From Lingula anatina (taxonomy: Eukaryota; Animalia; Brachiopoda), in NCBI GenBank assembly GCA_051362555.1, contig CM120641.1:21576001-21640000 (forward strand): DNA of 64,000 nucleotides, given 5' to 3'. The notes below the pieces were generated by a model. It saw nothing but the letters and a program-made list of their open reading frames with translations. It was not told where the DNA came from and did no database searches. Made by a program: the position numbers and the translations under genes. Shown piece by piece: positions 50,875 through 63,439 of this stretch (positions are counted from its first letter, which is position 1; each line of letters opens with the position of its first letter).

Positions 50875-53800
50875 ATGACAACATTTGCCATTGTTGAAAG
50901 CAGCTGTGTCTCTCCCTGCAAAAAGCCCAAGATAATGCCTTCAAATAAGATAATACTCCGGTTTGCAAAGCTGACTGAAAACGCTATTGCACCAACCAAA
51001 GGCTCTCATTTGGCAGCTGGTTATGATTTATACAGGTATGATTTTTTTTAAATATAACGCACGCTATTGACCCATTAGAGCCTGCGTCATCAAAACGAAC
51101 AGCAGCCATTCTGGAGGGAGACCGGAATCGTCTGCTGCGCATGAACAAGCCATGTCAGTAGTTCACTTTTCGTTTTCTGTATTTCCTTTGATAATTAACC
51201 GAGCAAAATGATGAATTACTGCAGGTTATTTGATCGAGAAAAGATAACTAACTTTACAAGCGTTCACACTTGCCTGCAGTGGTAACAATCCATGATGAAG
51301 GAACTAAAACCATAAACGGAGGAGAGACGGCGAGGTGGCTTTGAAAAGTAAAGGAATAAAACTAATCTATTTAATAGCAAAGAATGAAGAGCCGGCTGTG
51401 CAGATCTTACCATAAAAGAAAAAAAAAAACAGTACAAAACCAAAGACCTAGGTCTGTACGTTTGGGGCGCACGTACACTGCATATTTATTTAAAGTAGTG
51501 CTCAATAAGTTTGGGTGGAGAGTGTGTTAATTTGTTAAAACGTGTTGAAATACCCAGGCAGGGTTTCGACTTTCCTATTGCCTTGGGTGTAATTTGTTAT
51601 CAGTTACGGTGCTCTCTAGATTTTATCGGCTGTCACCTACCTCTTTAATACCTGGTTAGCATTATTGCCAATTAGTGTCAAGGCTATATTTGTACTGTAC
51701 ACAGCTGAGCTGGGCCAATTAAATCAATTACTTGTATGAAGTGTATTTGGAAGTTAGTGGCTTAATTTTCGATTTGGTGTAGTGATAAGAGTAATTTTAT
51801 TTTGCAAGTAAATTCTACCTCAGGTGTAATTGACATATAACCTCATGAAATGAATTTGCACTTTCCTCTGTAAAAATGTTAAATTCTGCTCCTTTCAACT
51901 GTAATGTTGTAAGTTACAATATGAATAAAAATCACAATGTTATCTTTCTATTAATTTACATTTAGGAAATTGATCAGGCATTTCCCACCAAGCCACAATG
52001 ATTGGGTGCAAGTAAATTATTAAAAAAAAAAATAAATAAATAAAAACGGAAGCTTTTGATGACAGGTACAAAAGGCAGCTACTGTAGATGACACGCAAGG
52101 TAGAAGCAGCAAAAAATATTCCTAGATCTTTATGACCAGCTGAGGAGACAGGATCTGAACATCAGGAGAGTGAAATCCAGTGCATGACAGGAGTTATTTA
52201 ATTGAAGCGACACTCAGAACTCAGCATTTCATGTTCACTTTTATTCATGCAAAATGTGTACTTTTCCTATATGTTTAAGCAAATGGTTGCAGAAACGAAG
52301 ATCAATTCATGAACTGCATTATTGTTATTTTACATTGGACATCATAAATACATAAGTGTTAAAAATACCTTGCTTCTGTGAATGACTGAATAATAATAAA
52401 ATCCTAACGTTGCTTATATGAATGGTTGCATTCATGGTGAATATTAAACTCTCTCAAACAACAGTCTTGTTACACGTACTTTCTAATGAACCAAAATGAA
52501 GTACAAGAATGCTGAAATAATTTCTGACAGCTTCACGATGTAGAGATAAGTCATAACTGACAGCAATATTTCATGTCATAAGACAATCCTGCATACATTC
52601 TTCCTTGAGTCCACAAGGGTTTATCCTGATGATCAGCTCAAAATTTCTCCTTATATCTATCCGTTATGTAAAAAGCTGCTTCTATGTAAGGTTAAACTTA
52701 TGATTACACAGTTAACAATAAACTCTCTCAAACTATAACTGTCATTACCCAATGAACAAGAAAAATGAAGTACAAGATAACTGAACTATCTTGTGACAAC
52801 ACGATGTTGGATAAGTAGCATTTGGTAGGATTTCACGTTTTTAGACTGTCTTGAGTTCATATTGGTCGATCCTGCTGATCAGCTGAAGCTTCAGCTTGTA
52901 TATATCCTTTTCCCTTTGGTGTACTTGATCGCGATATGAAGTTTATTTTATTTTATTTGGTTCACCTCTATTACCGCTACTATTCCCCGTCGTTCATTCC
53001 CTCCAGCATGGCCGCGGGACTAGTGTTACGGAGTAAATATGACGTCACTGTAATGGGTTAATAGTATATACATGTATGTAATATAATATATTCTGAAAAA
53101 TAATAGATCTCGCTTTGTGATTTGGATACCCGATCGTTATATTTTATATATAGTTGTTTTGATAATGTGCATTGAGATAAAATTAGATGCCTGTAACTTG
53201 AAAGTTGAAGCAAATTCCTCGTGATGAAAAAAAATGCCTGTAATTAATGGTGCTAACTCATAAATATTTTGATTTCATTTTAACTGTTTGATTTGATGGT
53301 TCTTATACATGATGACTTTTAGTGCTTACGATTATGAAGTTCCATCTAAAGGGAAGGTTCTTGCAAAAACTGATATCCAAATAGCTGTTCCTGATGGATG
53401 CTATGGAAGAGTAGGTTAGTGAGAAATATCATTGTACATGTAGATTCATTGTTAGATTCAAGGGAAAAACATCTAAAATAGCCTGAAATGAGGCTGTGAG
53501 CACAGCATGATGACATATGAGACTAGAAAAACATGATTTAACATTTGTTTACCTAATCAGCAATAAGGGTGAAACTTCATGCAAAGGAAAGATGTCTTAG
53601 AATGCAATACAAAAGTGACATGCAAAACATGTTGAATTCAATTTTACTGTCTCGCATTGCAATAGAGTGTTATTTAGAGAGAAAAAGAACGTCTTTGCAT
53701 AAATTATGCCAGCTTTTATGACATGTAATTGTTGCACCACACTTTCTAGTCTTCCGCTGATTATTTCTGAACCCAAAACCTACAAAATCTCACTTAATTA

Positions 53801-55179
53801 AATGGCAAGTCACAAGTCCCTGTTCATTTTATTTTTTGCTGGCAATGTTCTTAAAATGGTATGGCTCTTACGGTAACTTTTGGGTAAATAATTAAAACTA
53901 CCTGTAAAGATCCTCTGAACTGATGACCCTTATAATAAATTTCTTCATATTAGCTTGAGATACAGCAAACATATTTTTATCACAACATATTCACTTATTG
54001 CAAACAGAGAATAATACCTAGAGTTAAAATGGCATAAAAGATTGTCACTTTCTGTCCCAAACATGTTTATTTTTAAGTGGGATGCTAATTTCAGCACCAA
54101 GATCTGGTCTGGCTTTAAAGAACTTCATAGATGTTGGTGGTGAGTATAAATTATGCATAGTCTCAGACATACTGCTTATTCAAACCAACCATACACAGTG
54201 AATTGTATCTATTAATTAATTTTTTTTTTTGTAGAAAATGTATTTTTTAGAGTATTATTATGTTATAATCTTATATCAACATTAGCACCAAAATCTGACT
54301 TTAAAAAAAAATCATACATTTTGCTTCAGCCGGTGTGATTGATGAGGACTATAGAGGCAATGTAGGGGTGTTATTGTTTAATTTTGGGGAGCAGCCATTT
54401 AAAGGTAAGAACTTTTTTTAAACTGTGGAAATTATATGTACTGGTATTTTTGTATGTACTGCAAGAATATGTTCATGTTGAGATGTCATCCTCCAGTGAG
54501 AATTTCATAAGCACCAGGCAGCTATTTCATTTTTCAGCACATTAAAATGATTTACTGGCTAATGATGCTAAAACATTGTTCAGTACAAGACGTTAATGAA
54601 ATTCTGTCTTTGCAGGCATTAAAAAAAAGCAAAAACTTCAAACTGCATAACTGGAGATTTTAAACTATTTATTTAGAGCATAGACATCCACATTCTTGGC
54701 TTAAAAGCACAATTTACATCTCTAATGCAATGTAAAATAAGTACAATATAACCAATATCATTATTTGTACATTTAGATATGAATCTTGCCTGGGCAAAGT
54801 TCCATTTGGCATCTTTCCACAGCAGTTCATGAGGATGCTTGTATTAAACTCTCAACTGCGGTTTCACTTTGTGTATTTTGATTATAGTATTATATTTAAA
54901 TTGTATTGAATATTTAAATATATATTCATTTATTTATAGTTAATAAGGGAGACAGGATTGCACAATTGATATGTGAGAGGATATATTTACCAGATATTGA
55001 AGAAGTTGAGGTAAGAGTTGATTAGAATATCAGGTGGGGTAAATTATAGACTAGGCATTAAGGATGACACATTACAGTAACATTGAATATACATGTAGAA
55101 AGGCTAAGGCTAGAATATAGCTATCTTCCTCTCTCTCTCTCTCTCTCTCAGTATTTCCATGTTAAACAACTATGTAAAA

Positions 55180-55237
<58 letters not shown>

Positions 55238-55355
55238 GGTAAAATACAGTACTAGTAATTTTCATATTTATTTACAGAAATTAGATGACACTGCAAGAGG
55301 AGAAGGTGGCTTTGGCTCAACTGGTATTGGACAGAATGGAACTAAGAATTCATAG
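50875..55355 (+). CDS. DUT: dUTPase (deoxyuridine 5'-triphosphate nucleotidohydrolase), ~173 aa
   Basis: Exons 50875-51035, 53323-53414, 54095-54139, 54330-54404, 54940-55010, 55278-55355. Motifs [37 protein letters not shown]; N-terminal SPCKKPK (CDK-site/NLS-like). Confidence 0.97.
51068..53060. mobile_element. Degenerate ISL2EU-like DNA transposon in DUT intron 1
   Basis: CT-AT|TGACCCATTA ... TAATGGGTTA|AT-AG (AT duplication within CTATAG). Minus strand 52940-52800 reads [43 protein letters not shown], resembling the N-terminus of the second (YqaJ-containing) ORF of such elements. Confidence 0.6.
55182..55234. repeat. (TA)n microsatellite, with a (CT)n tract at ~55129-55149
   Basis: Directly visible. 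Confidence 0.95.
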
Positions 55356-56405
55356 CTTTAAGTTCACTTGTTGGGGATCTCCCCAGACTGTTCTTTTATC
55401 AAAATACTGCCGGTTTGAAAAACTTAAGCCAATAAGGTCCCTCAGTGGATCAGATGTTAGTGGCCTGATAAGGGCCAATTAAGTAGAATCTCATAAATAG
55501 TTTTCTTCAATAACAATGAAAGAGAGTGACTGAGTGAAGCCTTTGAAATTATTTTTAAAACCCCAAGCAATGAATTCAAACACCCACTTCAGAGCACTTA
55601 TGATGAATTTTTAGTGACATTATTTACTCTCTAATAACAATGTGTGTGATGCCTTTCTTTTGATATAAAAAAGCAGCTGTTGTATGTCTTTTAGACCATT
55701 AGTTTCCATAGCGAGATTCATTATGAATTTCACTTGTAATAAAAATTCTCTTTGGAATATGTATAGATCATCCAAGACAAAATCTATGATTACATGGTAC
55801 ATATATCCCTTGAAGTGCTTTATTTTGCTGGCTGGTATTACTAACTACAAAATGTATAGAATATCAGAAATAAAGCAATTATTAAAACTGAAAAATTCAA
55901 AAATTAATAATGGCAGTGCACTAAAACATTTAAATGCAGAATCAGAATCAGAAGTTTATTGACAATCGCCCTACATCCGGGCATGATCAAATACAAATAC
56001 AAGAAGTAATCCGCAGAGTGATTACCATATACAGTTTGATATACATTCTATAATGTCTAGACTAAAGCAGGGAAAGTACAAGTACTACTCAATATAGATC
56101 AATATAGGGATAACAAAAGAAAAAAAAATTGATTCAACTAGAATAGGCTACACTAAACCTTATATAAAAACTAACTATTATTTAAGGGGATATGAAAACT
56201 GCATCGTCAGTTAATCTAGGTTTTATTCAGCATGGATGCAATTTTCATATGCATGTAAACTTGGATACTACATGTCAGTCTAATTTTTTATAAAATAGTT
56301 TATAGTGTCAGTTTTGAGGATTTTCTCAATTTCAAAAAACCATCATAATTCTCGACTTTTTTACTGTTCTCTTGAGTTCTAGATTCAATGCTCTGTTAAG
56401 AGATG

Positions 56406-58930
56406 TTAAACATTTCCAATTAGCCCTGATGTAGGTGCACTAACTTTGATCAGACTTTGAACTTCCTTGAACTTGGGATGATCTTTATCTCCAAGAAGTT
56501 GAAGCAGGACAGATTCGCTGGTAGTAACAATTGCACCTGCTTGATCCAGCCTCTGAAAATGATTAAAGTTCAGAACACTTAAAATCACTATAGCATCACA
56601 TCCTGCATCAATCAATTTGTGCAACTGTCACTCTTGCAGTGCACTGATTTTGACACCAATTATTTCCTAATGCAACTCATCCCTGCTTCAGTTTGTTTAG
56701 TAAGTTAAAATGGATGTTGTTGCCCTTCACCCATAACTCCTTACTTATTGCCTTAAATACATTCTTTTGGGTAATAGAAAAATAGTATTCAGTGTTCAGT
56801 GACTAAATTAATTAACATTTACACATGTCATCTTACAGGTGGTGTCATAATTGTGATTTGGGGGTAAAAACTGAAAAATTGGTTTCTCAAATTTCTCCTT
56901 TTCCTGAGCACCCATGATCACCATTTCAATGCTGATTTAACGACACCATTTAGTACGCCAAAATCCTGCCAGCATTTTTTCTTAAACATCTTTGTTCAGA
57001 TTTTATCTTTGATAAAGTAAAATGCCTTTATTTTAATGAAAATCTGTAATTAGGGACTTCTAACTTCATGACAAAAATATTTCAACCAAAAGGACAGCAC
57101 AGGATTGTAGCCCAAACATTCGTGGTCAATTCTGCCAATTTTTGTGATAAAATCTTGTTCAGGGATGAAGTTATGCCCCATACCAATTGCTATCTCACCT
57201 CAAAACAGAAAAGTGTTAACTCCAAGATTAAAGCTTAAGAGTTGCCTATGCTTATACATTGCAAAAAGAAACATAAATGCCAACATTTTATATTTTCGAT
57301 ATATTTTTATTGTTTTAAATCGGCACAAAGATAGATGCATTATTGAATAATGAATGGGAAAAACCTCATTTTCGGTATATGGGTGAAAATAAGGGGTTAC
57401 AATACCCTAAAATGGATGCATTAAAGATTGTGGGTGAAAGTTTTCAAGATTAAGCCTGATTTTAGGATTTTCAGTCTTCATTTTTTTTTCAATATGGTCT
57501 AATTGTAAATGCTATACTTTCACGTTTTTCAGCTTTTACAATTTTCACCCATGTCATAGATAATCTGACGGGTTACAGACCTTCAATGCAAAAATCCTGT
57601 CCATCTGGCTTCTGGAGGAGCATGCATCAGCAACCACATAGACCTCTATATTCTTCTTCAGTAAATCTATTGCTGTTTGTTGAATGCATACATGAGTCTG
57701 AAAAACAAAACTTCCTATTCTGACATCAATGCACTTAACCACTGATAAATGGACAGATTGAAACAACTCCCTGCATATGATATTTTACCATTAACTGCTC
57801 CTTCAGGCCTCCCTCCATCTCAATGAAAGTTACATTACCTTAGGCTGTGACATTATCGACTAAAAATGTTGATGGCAGTTTTCTGCTCGCCTATTTTAAA
57901 CAATTAAAAAATTCAATTACTCACCTCAATACCAAACAGGACAACATGCTTAACATTTCCATCACGGAGGCTTTCCAATTTCTTTTCCACCTCTGGTATA
58001 ATCATGCTAAATTTGGTTTTAGGGAAAACTCCCACAGCATGGTCCACTTTTAATTCGGGCACTGTGTGGCCAAGACCTTTTGGATACTATATAAAGGGAT
58101 CAAGTTTTATATCACAGAGTATAGGAATTAGCTACTACATACTACTATTCTTCAAAAAAAAAAAATAAAAATAAATAAATAAATAAAAATAAAAAACAAT
58201 ATTAATAATAAAATAAAGAAAAATAATAAATAAATAATTAAATAAATAATACACTTATTACATGGACTGCAATACTTTTTTTACATTTTAAGTAGCAATA
58301 AATTCATAGAAATGTTTTAAAGTCGTTTTTTTTTTACCTGCTCGGTTGCCACCAATGGAATGTCTAAAATCTCTGCTGCAGACACCTGTAAACAACATTT
58401 TAATGTTACCCTTGTGAGTGAAGCCATACTTATACTGTAATCTATTATTACGTGAACAATGTACGATCATATTGAAAATTGGCAGAGGCTTTTTAAGATA
58501 ATCTATCAATTAATAAGAAGGCCTTAATAATGGTACAAATTCGTAAGGAAAGAGACAAACAATGTTCTTTATATAAACGTTATGACTAAACATCACTATT
58601 TGTAAGTAAAGACTATAACTGTAAGGCTTTACTCTGCGGTCTAGTCTAGTACATGGCAGAGTAAGGCCATTGCACGTTACAACTGTGATTTACAATTATA
58701 CAGTATCCGTAAATTACATGTACAGTATAGTTACACCAACTTTGCAACGTCTTCCTGACCAAACTGAAAAGAGTTTCAATTCCCGGATAGGAACTTACTA
58801 GACGCTTTGAAACTTCGAGTATGTCTTCAAAACAATTTATCGCTGGGCGGAATCTTTCTTGCATATCACACAGAAAAAACACAGTCTTTTCGGTTGAAAT
58901 ATCTCCAAGTGGCCGTCCTGCAGCCGCCAT
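56406..58930 (-). CDS. ISOC2: Isochorismatase domain-containing protein (ISOC2-like), ~201 aa
   Basis: Exons 58799-58930, 58338-58385, 57925-58086, 57581-57697, 56406-56552. [58 protein letters not shown]. No ISOC1-type N-terminal extension. Confidence 0.9.
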
Positions 58931-59172
58931 TTTGAACACAAACAATGTCACATGATCAACAGCACCGCCGGTGAAAGCGAGCTAAAACAATCAATGAAGT
59001 ATATATATGTATTGACTGAAAAAATATGAATATGAGATTTTTCTTATGGATTTTCTTTTGAATTTTATAGCAAAATTTTACGCAACTGCAACTTTGAACG
59101 ATATCGCACTTTCTGACGAAATATCGATGACCTTCAGAACAGTTTCGAAATCGAGACTGTATTTGTCTCCGA
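58931..59172. promoter_or_regulatory. Bidirectional ISOC2/RFK promoter
   Basis: Head-to-head ATGs ~242 bp apart, locally CpG-rich; YY1-type CCGCCATTTT over the ISOC2 start and E-box GTCACATGAT near 58947. Confidence 0.6.
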
Positions 59173-60240
59173 ATGGGTGCTCGCATCAAGATGTTCTCGT
59201 GTTTCCCTTACTTTTCAGAAGGTGTAGTTGTGAAAGGTTTTGGTCGAGGAAGCAAAGAACTGGGTATACCTACAGGTGATTTATCTTTTGATTAATGAAC
59301 GAATGACGATATGTTAGTACGTGACAAAGAATTGATATATGAATTCGCACTGAACTACTGGCATTGACATTGAGGAGCATTGTGATACTGAAACTGAAAG
59401 TTGTATAACTATAGATCTATACGTTTTAAAGATTTTTTTACAAAGAAAAGTTAGTTTACTAGATATAATTGAAAATTGTAACTAGATTTGTAAAATAAAA
59501 TGTAAAACACATCTTTTTTCCCCCTCAAATTTAAAGCAAACTACCCGGAAAATGTAGTGGAACATTTACCAAAGGAGGTTGAAGGGGGAGTCTACTTTGG
59601 TTGGGCTAATGTGGACAATGGACCTGTGCATAAAATGGTGATGAGCATAGGGTATAATCCCTATTACCACAACAAAATGAAAACTATGGCAAGTAAAACA
59701 TTTTTGTTGGGGGGGGGGGGGATATAACCTAGCTATTAATCTTCTCTTTCTTTTAAATCAATGAAAGGCAATGAAAGTAGTGTTTAATTGGTTTTGAATT
59801 CAATGCCTTAGTAGTTCGCATGAAAGCGTTATATGCCATTCTTTATATGGTGATATGCTTGACTTTTGTTTTTATTTCAGGAAACGCATATAATGCATGA
59901 TTTCAAAAAGGATTTTTATGGTTCTATGCTGAAAACTGTGATGCTAGGATATGTGCGGCCAATGCTAGACTTCAAATCATTAGGTAAGAGTAATAGTTGG
60001 CTAAACTGTTAAAAATTAGTTCAGAAAATTTATGTTCTTTTTTCATTTATCATAATTAGTCATTGATCCATTTCAGTCTATGCAATATTATTTATATTGG
60101 TCTATCATCGATTTCCAGATGAACTTATAGAAGCGATACAGTCAGATATAAAAGAAGCAGATAAACAGCTGGAGAAGCCAGAATTTAAACAATACCAAAA
60201 TGACAGTTTCTTTTTTTCTAATGAACAGCGGAGCAGATGA
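59173..60240 (+). CDS. RFK: Riboflavin kinase, ~159 aa (alternative in-frame start at 59191)
   Basis: Exons 59173-59275, 59537-59688, 59881-59983, 60119-60240. [36 protein letters not shown]. Intron 2 uses a GC donor. Confidence 0.95.
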
Positions 60241-60902
60241 TATATATGTATAAATAGATAATTTTATGACTAGTGTAACTTTTATATTGGTAGAAATGGA
60301 ACTTAAATTAAATATTGCATTTTAAACTAAATGATTATAATTTTTGATGACATTTATTGCTATTAGTTAAATGATAATGTAATCCTAAAGTCACTTTTAT
60401 ACACTTGTTTAACCACTTTGTGTGTAATCAATAACAAAGTTGTAGCCATGAGGTTCAAAAATTCGATTTTTCCAACCTATACAAATGGGATTATTCTTCC
60501 CAACACACCAGGAGTGGAAAAAAAACCCTTTTTAATATTCTGTTGATAAGACCACATTTTCTCACATTCTCAGAGCAACATGGCTTTAGTACAACTTCCA
60601 TTTATTAAAGTTACATATCCCTTTGAGCATGGTTTATGCCAAACAAAACATAAGCAAGGGCCAGTCTCATAACATAGTTGGAATTTATTCCGATTTGTCA
60701 AAAAATGAAAGTTAAACTGCTGTTTAAATGAGAAGTTAAGCTGCTGTCAAACAGTAATTTTCAAGAGTCGTGAGGACAGGCACATGTTTATTTAAGATAA
60801 TCTATTGATTAAAATTAATTACCAGAATGGCAGATATTTATTATTGCATGCCGTATCAAAAGGTAGTTCTGTGGCTTGATGTTTAGTGAACTGTGTCTGA
60901 AA

Positions 60903-61022
60903 ATGCTGAGTAAACGTGTCTCCAGTGTCATACTGAAATGAAAGATGATGTGAGGAGAACCATGCTGAGTAAACATGTCTCCAGTGTCATACTGAAATGA
61001 AAGATGATGTGAGGAGAACCAT
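60903..61022. repeat. 59-bp direct tandem duplication
   Basis: ATGCTGAGTAAAC(G/A)TGTCTCCAGTGTCATACTGAAATGAAAGATGATGTGAGGAGAACC present twice. Confidence 0.95.
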
Positions 61023-61709
61023 ACACTAGGATTGTTCGTTTTAAATACTTTCAAAGAAAGAAGACTACATGATCCTATTTTAGTCTTAATTCCTTTGAAG
61101 CATTCTGGTGCACTCAAGGACAACATCAATGGATACCAAGTTGACTAAACTGGTGTCCATACAAAAATTATACAGGTGCAAATGTAAAATGGGTTTATAA
61201 TATTGTAATTTTTGCAGACAAAAGACTCAATCTAACTTAGCTGTTGCTTAACATGAAACACGGGTAGATAGTGATTCTGATTGGTGCCAATTACCTTAAG
61301 TCAGCTTCACATGCACTGCTAAGTTGGTCAGAACTTCAAATTGCATAAAAGGAAATGGTGATGGTTTATCTAAGAAAAGGAAGTTGAATGCATACAATAA
61401 GTCGTAATGAATTAATATGTCAGTGATCTATTTCAGAATAAATTACATCATAATGTAAAATCTGTATTTTTGAACTTTTTGAAGAACTGGTATGAGAATA
61501 TTTTATTTCCAAGTAAATGTTTTCCCTTTAAAAAATCAAGCACAAAAATAAAGCAGTGAGCCTCAAGCTTCTAACACCATAACTTTGGTTATGTTTATTC
61601 TTCTTTTGATAATCAAATTAATGTTTCAAAAAGTACTAATTGACATGATGTTTGATTATTTCAAAAAAGTCACTTAAAATAATCTCTCGACATTATGAAA
61701 ATAAACTCA

Positions 61710-62552
61710 TTATAAACTTTCAGCTGGTAAGTTCATCACTTTGCTCATCACAGCCTTTCTCCACTTTGGATGATCTTTCCTTTCCAAGAATATCTTGAAT
61801 TTAAATGATGGTTCTTCTTTAAAATCTTTTCCTTGAAGTTCGGCAAAATGCTTCTTCAAAACTAATTCACATGCCTCCTTGACAAAAATACTTGGGCTAC
61901 AATGTAACAGATGTCGAAATGTGCGGTCCTTTTCTTGCCTCTCCCTCTGTAACTCCATCACCTCAGGTGATGCTTTCAGGTATGGTGGATACTTCTGCTT
62001 CAGTTCTTTTATGGCCTCTATTTCTTGGGAATATTCTTCCTTGTCATTATACCACGGTTGAATAAAAGATCTCACATTAACAATAATGTCCTCTTTAACC
62101 TGTAATGAGGAAAATGTTTGATAACTAGTGACCCTAATTTAATTCTTATGACTTGGAAATGAAGCAAGACTGGAGAGAACTACTTGACATGTTTGAAAAC
62201 GTTTTTTCATCGATTCATTAAGTACTTTCTAACGAATCAAGACCACAAGGTGAAAGAATGAAACTATCTACAACATATACTTAGACAAAAATTATTTCTG
62301 CATGAATGTATAATCTAGGCAACCTTGGTAAAACATAATAAGAAAAGGCCCACTCACTCAGTTGAGGATAAATAAATTATCAGAAAAATCTCAATCTTTT
62401 ACACCGTATTTAAAAACAATCATTTGTTGTTTATTTGCAGCATGATTAAAAAACTATACCTTAACTGCAATGTCAAATGGTTGAAGTTCAGTATTGGGCC
62501 CTGTAATTGCCACTGCTGGGAGTTGGATGTTTTCTTCTGGTACAACAACACT
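61710..62552 (-). CDS. Last two coding exons of an unidentified gene that continues upstream
   Basis: Exons 62460-62552 (SVVVPEENIQLPAVAITGPNTELQPFDIAVK) and 61710-62099 (VKEDIIVNVRSFIQPWY...PAESL*), AG/GT boundaries, phase 0, open frame. Confidence 0.72.
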
Positions 62553-62574
62553 CTGAAATATAACAAGCATGTAA

Positions 62575-62800
62575 CACCCCATTTCCATAGATTTTTAGAT
62601 CGATCTATCCCTGTGGGGAGTCTCACTAGATTAATGTCAGCTTGGTCGGCTTAAGCGTCTGTCCCGCCTACTAAAAGCAGTAAGGGGGCAATTAACTATG
62701 GTGCCCGCTCGGCTGACTGCAATTTAGCGTGAACCCCCCAGGAGTTAGGTCGATCTAAATCTTAATCTCTAGATCAATCTAAATCTCTGGGAAAGCACCC
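62575..62800. mobile_element. MITE (PIF/Harbinger-like), copy 2
   Basis: Shares GGGGAGTCTCACTAGATTA...TTTAGCGTGAACCCCC..GGAGTTAGGTCGATC with 1952-2166; TAA flanks. Confidence 0.7.
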
Positions 62801-63110
62801 TAAGTCTATGACTAAAAGTGTACAAAATAAACACACCAAACACAAACAGACACAAATTGTCTCTGGGAACATCAATGTACACTTTCAAATGTAAATAAAA
62901 CCATTTTATACATCTGGAGTTGTCATTATTCTAATTTCAAATTGCCTTTTAAAATGAAGGGTTGCCTTTTTCACACAAAAACTTGCAAGAAGGACATTAT
63001 ATACATCGACTCTGACATGTAGAGACCATATGGGTAAAAATACAAGAGTACAGGGTTTGATATTTGAATATAACATTTGCCGTCACCATCTTGTTCAATC
63101 AAGTTAATAA

Positions 63111-63284
63111 TAGAGGATCAGAGAGGCGATACCACCTCCACGTATTGTACCACCAACAACTAGAGAGATTACATGTGACCTAAATCCAACAGTGACGTGG
63201 CTGCGGAGCCAATAGAGCTGGCGGATGAGACAGGTCGGGACTAAAATCATGTGTACTGCCAGCACTGCGCTGGTGGTACAATAA
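63111..63284 (-). mobile_element. Internally deleted ~170-bp copy of the 24086-26870 HINE family
   Basis: Reverse complement of both termini (TAGAGGATCAGAGAGGCGATACC... and ...GCGCTGGTGGTACAATAA) with no array. Confidence 0.85.
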
Positions 63285-63439
63285 GGTCTATGCTTAACTT
63301 TATGGGTAAAGAATCCCTGGCCACCTTAGCCCTTGACACAGACAGATTTGAAAGTAAAGGTGGTGGTCCCTTGGAATAAAACAAATACTCCAACTTAGTG
63401 GTGAAGCTGAGTGTTGGGATAGACCATTAGCCAAACTGA

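Noticed and set aside
56715-57551. Possible adjacent MITEs in ISOC2 intron 4 (TTCACCCATA/TATGGGTGAA and TGGGTGAAA/TTTCACCCA inverted repeats)
   Set aside because: The inverted repeats are short and degenerate and no TSD could be fixed; too weak to list as features.
60903-61022. Box C/D snoRNA (GATGATGT...CTGA)
   Set aside because: Imperfect C box, no terminal stem; the pattern is explained by a simple 59-bp duplication.
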